From positions 1-29,919 of the forward strand of contig JAHQWG010000030.1 of the NCBI GenBank assembly GCA_029856045.1: a stretch of DNA of 29,919 nt. Direction: 5' to 3'. The stretch is from Promethearchaeia archaeon. Lineage in GTDB: Archaea; Asgardarchaeota; Lokiarchaeia; Sigyniarchaeales; SOKP01. Position numbers and translations under genes: made by a program. Within the stretch, counting starts at the first letter, position 1. Every line of letters starts with the position of its first letter. The notes beneath the pieces are model-generated. The model saw nothing but the letters and a program-made list of their open reading frames with translations, was not told the DNA's origin and did no database searches. Shown here piece after piece: positions 1-10,252 of this stretch.

Positions 1-74
1 GAGAGTTGGAAAATGGTTTCCAAGGTTATTTTCATCCAAGATTGAAAATTCTAAATGAAAAGTAATAGGTGTAT

Positions 75-317
75 ATGATGGCTAAAATTTATAAAGATAA
101 ATATATTTTCGGAATGGTTAAAGTTGGAGAAAGAGGACAGATAGTTATACCAAAAGAAGCTAGACGGTTATTCAATATTAAGGCAGGAGATCGATTGCTA
201 GTAGTTGGTGATCTTAATAAAGGAATTGGAATCTCAAAAATTGAAGGAATGAAAAAGTACGCATTAAAAATACTTGGGGCTCTGAAAGAGGAACCTAACG
301 AAGGAATAGAAAGTTAA
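75..317 (+). CDS. AbrB/MazE/SpoVT-family DNA-binding protein
   Basis: GMVKVGERGQIVIPKEARRLFNIKAGDRLLV is the swapped-hairpin AbrB signature. An AGGTG motif at 67-71 favours ATG 75/78 over GTG 69. Confidence 0.88.
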   Translation: MMAKIYKDKYIFGMVKVGERGQIVIPKEARRLFNIKAGDRLLVVGDLNKGIGISKIEGMKKYALKILGALKEEPNEGIES

Positions 318-352
318 ATGAATGAAGATCAAGGAGAAGGTGGCAAAGAATA

Positions 353-1180
353 ATGAATAATAAGGTGGCAAGTTTAAATGAGGAATTTATGAAAAAAAAA
401 ATTGATGGAAAAGATGAAAATAAGCCGAATTATGGCCTTGTAGCAGTGAAATATTCTATATATATGGTTATTATAGGGATTATTGGAATAGTGATTGCGC
501 TAATTGGCAGTCAAGTTTATTTTCCATTTAATATAATTTTGTTTTTAGGAGGAATACCTCTTGCATTCATATGTTTGTATACAGGTCTTTCTTATATTCC
601 ATTTTATTATTTCATGCTTAAACCCGAGGAAAAAAATGATTTCTGGTATGAAGTTTTTGAAAAAAATATACAAGGAAATGAACATGTTCTAGATGTAGGA
701 TGTGGAAAAGGTCGTGTTGCAATAAAAGTTGCGAAGTTATTAAACACTGGAAAAGTTGTGGGTATTGATCTTTTTAAGGGATCAAGTGGTTATTCCCCAG
801 ATCCTGCATATAGAAATGCAAAAATTGAAAAAGTGTTTGATAAAACAGAATTTAAACATGGAAATCTTTTAAAACTTGAATTTCCAGACAATGAATTTGA
901 TATTGTTACTTCAGGTTCAGTGCTTCACGACGTACATGGGGATAAAAATAAGGAAATGGCTATGAAGGAGATATTTAGAGTTCTCAAACCTGGTGGAAAA
1001 TTTATCGCGTTTGAAATGTTTAGAGATGTCAGAATGTATTTAGTATTTTTATTTTTTAGTTTTGTTTTCAAACCTAAACATTATTGGACTGAGTTATTAA
1101 ACAAATTTAATTTTAAAAACATAAAAGTCGAATATTATTCAGAGTATCTAAATTACGGGTTGTTTATTGCTGAGAAATAA
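353..1180 (+). CDS. Class I SAM-dependent methyltransferase with N-terminal transmembrane segments
   Basis: Motif I VLDVGCGKG, VVGID, FPDNEFDIV, EIFRVLKPGG; two hydrophobic helices at about aa 30-90. Confidence 0.9.
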   Translation: MNNKVASLNEEFMKKKIDGKDENKPNYGLVAVKYSIYMVIIGIIGIVIALIGSQVYFPFNIILFLGGIPLAFICLYTGLSYIPFYYFMLKPEEKNDFWYEVFEKNIQGNEHVLDVGCGKGRVAIKVAKLLNTGKVVGIDLFKGSSGYSPDPAYRNAKIEKVFDKTEFKHGNLLKLEFPDNEFDIVTSGSVLHDVHGDKNKEMAMKEIFRVLKPGGKFIAFEMFRDVRMYLVFLFFSFVFKPKHYWTELLNKFNFKNIKVEYYSEYLNYGLFIAEK

Positions 1181-1325
1181 AAAATAAAAATTAAAGAAGA
1201 TTAGTAATGCAGATTATTCTTTGTTCTATTTCTTCTTTTTTATTTATCTAATTTTCTTATATTCTCGTTAATTAAATTTTAATTTTTATTACTTTTTTTA
1301 ATCAATAACAAAAATTACATTTGTT

Positions 1326-1568
1326 TTAATACCTACTAGTTTGTGGTGCTCTTTCAGTCACCACTACGTCACTAGCCTGTGGACCCTTTTGTCCCTCTGT
1401 TACATTAAATTCAACTTTATCTCCTTCATATAAGGTTTTAAAATTACCCTCTTCAGATACAATAGAGCTAAAATGAACAAAGACGTCCTTTTCTTCAGAA
1501 CCTTCCTCATAAGTAATAAAACCATAGCCTTTTCGGCTATTAAACCATTTGACAGTTCCATTTACCAT
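1326..1568 (-). CDS. cspA: Cold-shock domain protein (CspA family)
   Basis: [15 protein letters not shown] (RNP-1), DVFVHFS (RNP-2), GQKGPQA. Confidence 0.96.
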   Translation of the reverse strand: MVNGTVKWFNSRKGYGFITYEEGSEEKDVFVHFSSIVSEEGNFKTLYEGDKVEFNVTEGQKGPQASDVVVTERAPQTSRY

Positions 1569-1731
1569 TCTTAAAAACCTAAAGCAATTTACTTAAATTG
1601 TCCTATATTGAGACAATTAATTCTTAATAATGTTAGCTTATAATAAAACTTGTAGTATTTCAAATTATTCTTAAAAATTTTTAAATATTAATCTTTTTTC
1701 ATTATTTTATAGTTCTTAATGATTAACAGAT

Positions 1732-2661
1732 ATGTTGCAATTTTATTCTCAAATATCGGAAGAATTTCCAGAATTTTATATTGTTTATGGTAATAATCGA
1801 GCAAAATATCCTTATTCCAACTCTTTTTTAGTCAAAACAGATAAAAATAATCATTCTGCACTCCTTTTTGATAATGGAATCGGTCATAGACTAATAAGGA
1901 AATTGAAGAGAGAATTTAAGATCCAAAAGACCTATCTTAGCCACTGGCATGAAGACCATGTGTCAGGTTGCGCTCTATTTAAAAAACATGAATATTATTG
2001 CCATAATCTGGATATTCCTCCTCTTAGAGATTTAGATTTATTCATAGATTTGTATGGGGTTAAAGGAACTCCAGCTGAAGAAGAATTTTATCCAATTATG
2101 CAGTTTTTAAAAATTGAGCCTTTAAATGATATTAAAATAATACGAGACAATGATTTAATTCCTATAAAAGATGATTTAAGTGTCCGAGTAATTCATACAC
2201 CAGGACATACTGCTGGTCATTGTAGCTTTTTTGAACCTAAAAGTAAAATTATTTTTTTAGCAGATATTGATTTATCAGGCTTGGGACCAATGTATCTCTG
2301 TAAAGATGCAAACGTTAATGAATTCGAACAATCTATAAAAAAAATTATGAATTTAAATATTGATTATGCCATATCAGGACATAATGGTCTATTTACCGGA
2401 AGAGAAATAATAGCAGACGCTTTAAAACGCTATTTGAACATTATTTATGAAAGAGATAATAAAGTGCTTAACCTTTTAAGTGAGAATATACCTAAAACTA
2501 CTCAAGATTTGATTAAGAAACGTGTAGTATATAAAGATTATAAAGGAGAATTCGCAAACTATCTTGTCGTCTCGGAGGATTTTATAATTCAAAATCATTT
2601 TGATCGTCTTATACAAAAAGGAATGATAAAAAAAGAAGAAAATGGTTATATTTTATCATAA
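1732..2661 (+). CDS. Metallo-beta-lactamase-fold hydrolase, probably with a C-terminal winged helix
   Basis: SHWHEDH (HxHxDH), [18 protein letters not shown] metal ligands. Its 3' end overlaps the convergent ald by 6 bp. Confidence 0.9.
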   Translation: MLQFYSQISEEFPEFYIVYGNNRAKYPYSNSFLVKTDKNNHSALLFDNGIGHRLIRKLKREFKIQKTYLSHWHEDHVSGCALFKKHEYYCHNLDIPPLRDLDLFIDLYGVKGTPAEEEFYPIMQFLKIEPLNDIKIIRDNDLIPIKDDLSVRVIHTPGHTAGHCSFFEPKSKIIFLADIDLSGLGPMYLCKDANVNEFEQSIKKIMNLNIDYAISGHNGLFTGREIIADALKRYLNIIYERDNKVLNLLSENIPKTTQDLIKKRVVYKDYKGEFANYLVVSEDFIIQNHFDRLIQKGMIKKEENGYILS

Positions 2662-3771
2662 AAGTTCTTCTATTGGCTTATATGGATATCCAAATTCATC
2701 TGCTACTGGTTTTAAAACTACATTTCCTTTGAAAGTATTTACACTTTTTCTCAATGGAGCGTTATTTTTTAATACTTTGTTAATATCTTCATCTGAAATT
2801 AAATCAACTAGATATGGGAATAAATTTTCAGACAATGCTTCAGTTGCAGTTCTAGGATATGCTCCCGGCATATTAGTCACACAATAATGAGTAACTCCTT
2901 CTTCAACAAAAGTGGGATTATCATGACTTGTTGGACGGCTTGTTTCAATACATCCACCTTGATCTATAGAAATATCTACGATTACAGAACCAAGTCTCAT
3001 GTTTTTTACCATTTCTCTAGATATTATTCTTGGAGCTTTAGTATTTGGAATTAGGACAGTTCCTATTAAGAGATCGGCTAATTTTACATACTCTCTTAAG
3101 TTTTTCAAATTTGATTTTATTACTGTGATTTCCTTTGGTAAAATATCGTTTAAATCTCTAATTGTTTTATTATTTTTCTCTAAAACTATCACCTGAGCTC
3201 CTAATCCAGCTGCTGTTATTGCTGCATTCTTACCAGCAGTTCCTCCTCCTAAAACTACAACATATCCGGGATGAACACCAGAAGCTCCTCCTAATAATAC
3301 TCCAGAACCTTTATTTTTTATGGATAATAGATTTGAACCAATTATTGCCCCGATTCTTCCTGCAACTTCTGACATTGGTATTAAAATTGGTAATTGGCCA
3401 TTTTCTAATTCAACTGATTCAAATGCTAATGTTGTAGATTTACCATTAACTAATGTTTGAGTTAATTCTCTATTTGCTGCTAAATGTAAAAATGAGAATA
3501 GAATAGGTCCTGGGTTAAAATAATTAAATTCTTCGGCAAATGGGTCCTTTACTTTCACAACTATTTCTGATTCCGAATATACTTTCTTTTTCGAATCAAA
3601 AATTTTCCCACCAGCTTCAATATATTCATTATCTGGAAAACCTGCGATCTTGCCAGCTTCGTGTTCTATATTTACATTATGGCCCATTTGAACTAAATGT
3701 TCAACATTAGCTGGAGTTAAACTGACTCTTCCTTCACCAGCTTTAATTTCTTTTGGAATTCCAATAATCAT
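2656..3771 (-). CDS. ald: Alanine dehydrogenase (AlaDH/PNT family, bacterial type)
   Basis: [65 protein letters not shown]. Confidence 0.95.
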   Translation of the reverse strand: MIIGIPKEIKAGEGRVSLTPANVEHLVQMGHNVNIEHEAGKIAGFPDNEYIEAGGKIFDSKKKVYSESEIVVKVKDPFAEEFNYFNPGPILFSFLHLAANRELTQTLVNGKSTTLAFESVELENGQLPILIPMSEVAGRIGAIIGSNLLSIKNKGSGVLLGGASGVHPGYVVVLGGGTAGKNAAITAAGLGAQVIVLEKNNKTIRDLNDILPKEITVIKSNLKNLREYVKLADLLIGTVLIPNTKAPRIISREMVKNMRLGSVIVDISIDQGGCIETSRPTSHDNPTFVEEGVTHYCVTNMPGAYPRTATEALSENLFPYLVDLISDEDINKVLKNNAPLRKSVNTFKGNVVLKPVADEFGYPYKPIEELL

Positions 3772-3815
3772 AATCAGATCAACTTTATATTTTTTATATT
3801 TTTTAATTTCATTTA

Positions 3816-3823
3816 TTTATAAA
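3816..3823 (-). promoter_or_regulatory. Putative archaeal TATA box (TTTATAAA) for ald; identical copy at 6501-6508 for the 5748..6440 gene
   Basis: The minus strand reads CAAAA-TTTATAAA about 45-60 bp upstream of the two leftward start codons. The AT-rich background limits certainty. Confidence 0.45.
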
Positions 3824-3903
3824 TTTTGAACTAAATTATATCTATCTAAAGAAACTTTAATTGAGAATAACTCACTTCTATTTGAAAATTCAATTGTTTT
3901 ATA

Positions 3904-4062
3904 ATGAATAAAAATGAATTTATTATTTATCGTAAAGGAAATATTCCATTAATCTTATCTGTCCCGCATGGAGGTATAAATAAATTCGAGGATATCTTAC
4001 TTGAAAAAAAAGATGGTATAAAAGGAACAGATAAAAATACAATCAAAATTGTATTTAAATAA
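3904..4062 (+). pseudogene. 5' fragment (52 aa) of the N-formylglutamate amidohydrolase-like gene
   Basis: Translates MNKNEFIIYRKGNIPLILSVPHGGINKFEDILLEKKDGIKGTDKNTIKIVFK*, matching MNKNIFIICNKGNIPLILSVPHGGTNKFEDILHERESGIKGIDKNTIQIALK at 6589. Absent from the ORF track. Confidence 0.92.
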
Positions 4063-4129
4063 TTAAATATATATGTTTAATTATAAAAAAAAAGAGATAA
4101 ATAAAATAAAATAAAATTTGATATTTTTC

Positions 4130-5515
4130 TTAAACTTCAAGAACTTCTTCGGGAATTGATTTACAAATCTCTTTTATATCGATGCCTTTCTTTTTAAGCA
4201 TTTTGACTCTATAGAAGTAGTAAATAATTGATAATCCATAAAATATAGCAACAGCAATAACTATTATGGGAGAATATCCAATCATAATGATCATGCTAAA
4301 AACAGAATAACTGAGATTAAAAATCGTCAATGTTATTACTGTTTTTTTTGAAAGTTTAAATTTTGATTTTTCGACTAATTCTGGGTATTTTTTCTCCAAA
4401 TTGAGAGGAATATATGCAATAATTAAACTTGGGATCGTCATTGCAAAACTAATAAAGATTGATAAATCTATAATACTTGCCTGTAAAACTAGAAATAAAC
4501 AAGAACCAATTGTAAAAAATATCAACGCCCAATACGGAGTACCATATTTTTTATGAACTTTTGCAAAAATTGAAGGAAGAATGTGATCTCGAGCAGCGGC
4601 GTATAAATCTCTTGAATAAGCTAAAATAATTCCATGAATTGTAGATGCTATTGCAATTAAAATCATAATATTTAAGATATTTAGAAAAAACGGAGGAAAA
4701 AATAATGCACCAACATCAATTAGTGTACCTTCTGTTTCACCTAAAGTTTGCCAATTCATAACACCTGTCATTACAATAGAAATTAAAATATATACAACTG
4801 TTATTAGAATTATACTTAAAATTATCGCTATAGGAATATTTTTTCTTGGATTTTTAATTTCTCCACCAATCTCTATAACAGCTTGAAATCCTGCATATGA
4901 AAAACTTAAAATTATCGCACCTATAAAAATTCCCATGATACCGGTTGGAAAAAGTCCCCCTTCTGCATCAACCAAATTAGCCGGATTTACATTAGGTAAG
5001 CCAAAAATTATGAATATAAATATTACAAGAAAATCTCCTAATATTGCTAAAATTATTTGAACCCAGCTAGCAAACTTTACTCCAAAAAGATTTACAAGAA
5101 AAAATATAATTAAAATAATTATTGATATAATATACGCGCTTTCCGGAATATACATTTCAAAATAAGTTCCAAATCCTAATGCTAACAGTGCTAATGCTCC
5201 TACAATATTTAATAATATTGAAACTGCTACTATATATCCAGCAAATGGCGATGCTAAGCGGGAAGAATAAACCCAAGCGCCACCACTAACTGGGAAAGCA
5301 GAGACTATATAACAAATAATTATCGCCATTATTGCATTAGGAATGCCTGCAATAATAAAAGCCAACCATAATGCTGGTCCTGTTTCTCCTGCAGTTACAC
5401 CAGTTTGAATTAAAATTCCTGCACCTACAACATACCCAAAAATGAAAAATACAACGGCTCCCAATCCCAACTCACGCTTTAATTTTTCTTCTGAATTATT
5501 TTCTTTTTCAGCCAT
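4130..5515 (-). CDS. APC-family amino acid permease
   Basis: LKRELGL, VGAGI (TM1), FPVSGGAWVY, SYAGFQ..GGEIKNPRKNIP, SRDLYAAARD..LP, GTPY; about 12 TM; GAGGT RBS upstream. Confidence 0.93.
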   Translation of the reverse strand: MAEKENNSEEKLKRELGLGAVVFFIFGYVVGAGILIQTGVTAGETGPALWLAFIIAGIPNAIMAIIICYIVSAFPVSGGAWVYSSRLASPFAGYIVAVSILLNIVGALALLALGFGTYFEMYIPESAYIISIIILIIFFLVNLFGVKFASWVQIILAILGDFLVIFIFIIFGLPNVNPANLVDAEGGLFPTGIMGIFIGAIILSFSYAGFQAVIEIGGEIKNPRKNIPIAIILSIILITVVYILISIVMTGVMNWQTLGETEGTLIDVGALFFPPFFLNILNIMILIAIASTIHGIILAYSRDLYAAARDHILPSIFAKVHKKYGTPYWALIFFTIGSCLFLVLQASIIDLSIFISFAMTIPSLIIAYIPLNLEKKYPELVEKSKFKLSKKTVITLTIFNLSYSVFSMIIMIGYSPIIVIAVAIFYGLSIIYYFYRVKMLKKKGIDIKEICKSIPEEVLEV

Positions 5516-5747
5516 AATTATTAACCTCTAAATGATAATTAAGGGTTTATTAAATAATATTTAACTATTTGTAAAAATTTAGTTTTTTGATCTGATGTAT
5601 TAATCGTTAAAATCGATTTAATATTAAATGCCTTTCGATTTTCAAAATAAAAATGAGATAAATTCGTCCCAATTTTTGTTTTATCCTTGGATTTTCTTAT
5701 TTACGGCGTAAAAACGAATCTTTATATTCGAGAATGTTTTTTCATAT

Positions 5748-6440
5748 TTACAAAGCTTGTTTGTAAAATTCAATTATTTTGTCTAAAGATTTATTCGGAA
5801 TTTCCCCATGAATTCCATCTATCTTTATTGCTGGTAAATCAAACATATTTGCGGCAATATTTCCCAAACTTTTAATATCTTTTATATCTTTTGCAGCGAA
5901 TATTATTGTTTTCTCCTTCATATCTTTTATTAAATTTTTATCAATGCTTTTAAAAACCGCTGGATCAATAAGAACTATGCCCACAATACGACTTAGTAAA
6001 GTTTTATTACTTCCTAAAAATTCAATAAATTGATGTCCACCCATTGAAAAACCAATAATCCCTAATTTCGAATTTGAATTAATTAGATCCAAAATAACAT
6101 CAAGTTGATATAAATATTTACTTCCAGTTCGATCGGGTCTAAAAAAATGTGGATTAATGACAACTAATCCCCAATTTTTCTCGTTAAAAGCTCGAAAATA
6201 GGGCTCCATGCTTGATTTATCTATCAAATTCTTTCCTAATAATGTGTTGGACCAAACTCCTGCTTTCTCGGGATAACCAAGTGCTATTATGCATACAAAT
6301 TCCTTATCCAAAGCATCCGGAGTTAAAAGAATGAAATACTTTTTCCCGCTTACATCATCAATAAATTCTTTTTTTTCGGCCAACTTTGACTCAAGTAAAT
6401 GTTCAATAATTTTATTTATAATCTCATCAAATTTTTTCAT
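5748..6440 (-). CDS. Alpha/beta-hydrolase-fold protein, Arb2/FAM172A(ARB2A)-like
   Basis: GFSMGG nucleophile elbow and a C-terminal His (GIHGE). FILLTPDAL...AGVWS..L......SMEPYF......WGLVVINP follows the Arb2-domain pattern recalled from FAM172A. Confidence 0.75.
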   Translation of the reverse strand: MKKFDEIINKIIEHLLESKLAEKKEFIDDVSGKKYFILLTPDALDKEFVCIIALGYPEKAGVWSNTLLGKNLIDKSSMEPYFRAFNEKNWGLVVINPHFFRPDRTGSKYLYQLDVILDLINSNSKLGIIGFSMGGHQFIEFLGSNKTLLSRIVGIVLIDPAVFKSIDKNLIKDMKEKTIIFAAKDIKDIKSLGNIAANMFDLPAIKIDGIHGEIPNKSLDKIIEFYKQAL

Positions 6441-6490
6441 AAAATTTCAAAACCTTTTTTTTTAAAATATTTGTTTAACTAATTGTAAAT

Positions 6491-6747
6491 ATTTCATTTA
6501 TTTATAAATTTTGAACTAAATTATATCTATCTAAAGAAACTTTAATTGATAATAACTCACTTCTATTTGAAAAATCAATTATTCCATGATGAATAAAAAT
6601 ATATTTATAATTTGTAATAAAGGAAATATCCCTCTAATTTTATCAGTTCCCCATGGGGGTACAAATAAATTCGAAGACATCTTACACGAGAGAGAATCGG
6701 GAATAAAAGGAATAGATAAAAATACAATCCAAATTGCATTAAAGTTA
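6491..6747 (+). repeat. Direct repeat copy 2 (of 3806..4062)
   Basis: See copy 1; this copy continues into the intact gene. Confidence 0.95.
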
Positions 6748-7347
6748 AAAGAATCAATTAAATATTATAGTCAAGAAAAATTTAAAACCCAAATAACTCC
6801 CTCATTAGTCTTTTCAAATGTTCATAGAAGTCGAATAGACTTTAATAGACCGCCTAGCGAAGCATACCCAGCCGATTCTAAATTATCTGAAAAAGTATAT
6901 AATGATTTTCATGAAAATCTGAAAAAATTACTTTTATATAATTTTCAAAATTGGAAAGTTTCATATCTAATTGATATTCACGGTTTTGAAAAGTCCAAGA
7001 GACCCCCCGGCTTTATGAATGTAGAGATTGTAATTGGTACGAAAAATTTACAAACATTATTTCATAAAGGTCAGCCCAAAAATGAGAAACATAAAAATAT
7101 TAGAAATTTAATTATAGAAGAATTACATAATAATAATATTTTTGCTGCACCTGTATGGCCAAGGCAAAAAGAATATGTTCTAACTGGTGGATATATAACT
7201 CAAAAATATGGTGCCGAAAATTATAATTTTTCCAAATCAATGCAAATAGAATTTTCAGATGATATCCGGTATAATGATGAAAAACTATATTTAAAAGTAA
7301 TTCGCATATTATCTAAGACTTTATCTAACTTTTTTTTATCTAAGTAA
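6586..7347 (+). CDS. N-formylglutamate amidohydrolase-family (Zn carboxypeptidase-like) protein
   Basis: LSVPHGG, D..T, RSRIDFNR, YNDFH, LIDIHG, GGYIT, QIEF. The start may be ATG 6589. Confidence 0.8.
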   Translation: MMNKNIFIICNKGNIPLILSVPHGGTNKFEDILHERESGIKGIDKNTIQIALKLKESIKYYSQEKFKTQITPSLVFSNVHRSRIDFNRPPSEAYPADSKLSEKVYNDFHENLKKLLLYNFQNWKVSYLIDIHGFEKSKRPPGFMNVEIVIGTKNLQTLFHKGQPKNEKHKNIRNLIIEELHNNNIFAAPVWPRQKEYVLTGGYITQKYGAENYNFSKSMQIEFSDDIRYNDEKLYLKVIRILSKTLSNFFLSK

Positions 7348-7408
7348 TTTGATTATATATACATAATTTACAAGATATGTTTTTTTTAAATTATATCTCT
7401 TAAAAAAG

Positions 7409-10066
7409 ATGACAATAATGAAAAAAAAAGGAAAAATTTCATTAAATGGTGAATGGAGTCTAAAAAATGAAGTAAGATCAATCAATATCCTAGCTTCAGT
7501 ACCCGGCTCGGTGTATGAAGCTTTACTTGAAAATAATCTTATTGAAGATCCATTTTATGGGATGCATGAGCATGAAATGTCATGGATATATGAATCAGAT
7601 TGGCAGTATGAAAAAACATTCGATGTTTCTGACGATTTATTAAAGTATGAGAATCTAATTCTCCGATTTAATGGTATTGATACAATTTCAGAAATTGAAC
7701 TAAATAATATTCATATTGGAACAACGAGTAATATGTTCCGTAGTTATGAATTTGATGTAAAGGATTACATAAAAAACACGGGTAACAGAATAAAAGTTAT
7801 TATTCATAGTCCAACACAAAGAGCTCGTGAAGAAATTGAAAAATATGGTCATCGATTAAAAGAGGCTCCTGATGCTATTCCTGGAGTTCCATTTCTTAGA
7901 AAAGCACAATATTCTTTTGGTTGGGATTGGGGACCTAAGCTGCCAGATATAGGAATATGGAAACCCATCGAATTGATTGGTTTCGATAAAATCAGAATCG
8001 ATTCTGTATATATTATACAAAATTTTACATACAATAAGGATCCACTAAAAATTGCAAATCCAAAAGATATCGAGGATATTAAAGTTGAATTAGTTAATTT
8101 ACAGATTCAAATAGAATTGGATTCAAGCATTTTTTCAATGAATTCTAACCAAGATGTGAATCCTGAAGTTAATGGATATTTTGCGAATGTAATTATAATA
8201 TCTCCTGAGGAGGAAGAAATATCTCAAGAAGTTGAGATTAAGAATAAATCAATTTCTCTTGAGATAAATATTAAAAAACCCCAGTTATGGTGGATCTATG
8301 AGCTTGGAAAACCATATCTTTATGAAATCCAAGTATTTATTAAGAAAAATGATGTCATTATAGATTCACAAACGCACAAAATTGGAATCCGTGAAATCCG
8401 TCTTGTTCGAAATGAAGATAAATGGGGGGAGACCTTCTATTTTTTACTTAATGGAGTGCCTATATTTGCAAAGGGTGCAAATTGGATTCCAGTCGACAGT
8501 TTCATTCCCCGGGGAAAACGATTAGGGCTTTATTCAATGAATTTGAAATATGCAAAAAAGGCAAATATGAACATGATTCGTGTTTGGGGTGGTGGGATCT
8601 ATGAGGATGATCTTTTTTATGATCTTTGTGATGAATTGGGATTATTGGTCTGGCAGGATTTTCCTTTTGCATGTGCACTTTATCCCTATACTTCCGAATT
8701 TATTGATAACTTTAAAGAAGAAGCAATACAAAATATCAAACGTCTTCGTAATCATGCCAGTTTGGCTTTTTGGTGTGGAAATAATGAAAATGAATGGTTG
8801 ATGGAGTTATATTTATCGAATATTTTTAAATCAGACTCAAACAAACGACGTCAATACAAAAAAGATTATATGGAACTATTTGAAAAACTTCTTCCAGAAT
8901 TGATTAATGAGTATGATCCTCAGCATGATTATTGGCCTAGTTCACCTTCCAATGGAGGAATCTTTAGGGAGGGGGGTAGAGATTTATTGAACCCAAATTC
9001 TCCTGATAGAGGTGATTCTCATTATTGGATGGTTTGGCATGCTGGAAAACGATTTTCTGCTTATCGTAAATTCAATTCAAGATTTATGTCAGAATTTGGA
9101 TTTGAATCATTTCCATCAATGAAGACTATATCTTCTTTTTGCCCATCTGACCAATTTGATTTATATTCACCAATTATGGAAAATCATCAGAAAAATGCAG
9201 CTGGAAATAAGAAAATCCTAAGGTATATGAAGAAACGGTTCATAATCCCTAAAAAGTTTGAAAATCAAGTCATTTTATCTGAAATCACCCAAGGAGAGGC
9301 TATCGAATATGGAGTAGAACATTGGCGTCGCAATCGTAACAAATTTCATTGCATGGGGGCTCTCTATTGGCAATTAAATGATTGCTGGCCGGTTGTGTCG
9401 TGGAGCTCTTTAGACTATTTTGGGCGATGGAAAGCTCTCCATTATTTTAGCAAAAGAATTTATCAACCAATTTTTCCTAGCGTTAAAGAAGATAAAGAAT
9501 CTATCGATTTCTGGATAACAAACGATTTAAGAACTTCTTGTGAGTTTATATTAAATTGGAAAATTATGAATTCTGCTGGAATGGTGCTAAAGCATGGTTC
9601 ATTTAATTCAGAAATTTTTCCATGCACTTCATTAAAAGCAGGAACTATTACTGTGAGTGAAATAAATAGAGACGAGATAAAGAGACAAAACAATGTGGTT
9701 TTTTTCAAATTAAAATATATACAAAATGGAGAAAAGATAATATCTCATGGATTTCGATTGTTTGATGCTCCAAAAAAGTTTAATCTGCTTAATCCTGAAC
9801 TTTCATATAATTTTGAAGATGTTTCTTTAGGTGAAAGTAATATAAAATTAAAAATTCAAAATAAAAACATTGCTTTTTATGTATTCATAGATTCTGGATT
9901 AGTGGATTTCATAGCTTCTGATAATTTTTTCTCTATGGAGCCAAATGAATCAAGAATAATTACGTTATGTAACATTAAACCAATTAATCATGAGAAAAAG
10001 CTTTCAAAACAAGAAATTCGGGATTCCATAATAATTCGATCTTTGTTTGATTTAATTAGAAATTAA
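7409..10066 (+). CDS. Beta-mannosidase, glycoside hydrolase family 2
   Basis: RKAQYSFGWDWGP, KGANWIP, NMIRVWGGG, WQDF, WCGNNE (acid/base), RFMSEFG (nucleophile), YWQLNDCWP. Confidence 0.93.
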   Translation: MTIMKKKGKISLNGEWSLKNEVRSINILASVPGSVYEALLENNLIEDPFYGMHEHEMSWIYESDWQYEKTFDVSDDLLKYENLILRFNGIDTISEIELNNIHIGTTSNMFRSYEFDVKDYIKNTGNRIKVIIHSPTQRAREEIEKYGHRLKEAPDAIPGVPFLRKAQYSFGWDWGPKLPDIGIWKPIELIGFDKIRIDSVYIIQNFTYNKDPLKIANPKDIEDIKVELVNLQIQIELDSSIFSMNSNQDVNPEVNGYFANVIIISPEEEEISQEVEIKNKSISLEINIKKPQLWWIYELGKPYLYEIQVFIKKNDVIIDSQTHKIGIREIRLVRNEDKWGETFYFLLNGVPIFAKGANWIPVDSFIPRGKRLGLYSMNLKYAKKANMNMIRVWGGGIYEDDLFYDLCDELGLLVWQDFPFACALYPYTSEFIDNFKEEAIQNIKRLRNHASLAFWCGNNENEWLMELYLSNIFKSDSNKRRQYKKDYMELFEKLLPELINEYDPQHDYWPSSPSNGGIFREGGRDLLNPNSPDRGDSHYWMVWHAGKRFSAYRKFNSRFMSEFGFESFPSMKTISSFCPSDQFDLYSPIMENHQKNAAGNKKILRYMKKRFIIPKKFENQVILSEITQGEAIEYGVEHWRRNRNKFHCMGALYWQLNDCWPVVSWSSLDYFGRWKALHYFSKRIYQPIFPSVKEDKESIDFWITNDLRTSCEFILNWKIMNSAGMVLKHGSFNSEIFPCTSLKAGTITVSEINRDEIKRQNNVVFFKLKYIQNGEKIISHGFRLFDAPKKFNLLNPELSYNFEDVSLGESNIKLKIQNKNIAFYVFIDSGLVDFIASDNFFSMEPNESRIITLCNIKPINHEKKLSKQEIRDSIIIRSLFDLIRN

Positions 10067-10252
10067 ATTCATTTAACTTTTTTCAAAAGACTCGAGGGAT
10101 CCCTAATTATTTTGAATGAGAATAAATAAAATTAAAATTAGTAAGAATTAATAAAAATAAAATTATATATAGATAAACTGGTTAATTATTGATCATTTTA
10201 ATTCTTTCCAGATTAAGGAATAGAAGTAGCATCTTTAAAATAATTGAGTTTA

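Larger units (their letters stand above)
3806..4062 (+). repeat. Direct repeat copy 1 of 6491..6747 (shared intergenic/promoter DNA plus first 52 codons of the amidohydrolase)
   Basis: Ungapped alignment at offset 2685. 3806-3895 vs 6491-6580 differ at 2 of 90 nt; the coding part differs at about 31 of 156 nt. Confidence 0.95.

Noticed and set aside
1-65. Probable 3' end of an upstream gene
   Set aside because: Frames 2 (stop 56-58) and 3 (stop 63-65) are both open and too short to choose between or annotate.
2642-3437. Plus-strand ORFs 2642..2887, 2999..3196, 3162..3437
   Set aside because: Antisense shadows of alanine dehydrogenase, with no motifs.
5687-5875. 62-aa plus-strand ORF
   Set aside because: TTG start, overlaps the Arb2-like gene on the opposite strand, no recognisable features.
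10095-10106. Palindrome AGGGATCCCT next to CTCGAG after the mannosidase gene
   Set aside because: Too short and single-copy; cannot be distinguished from chance.
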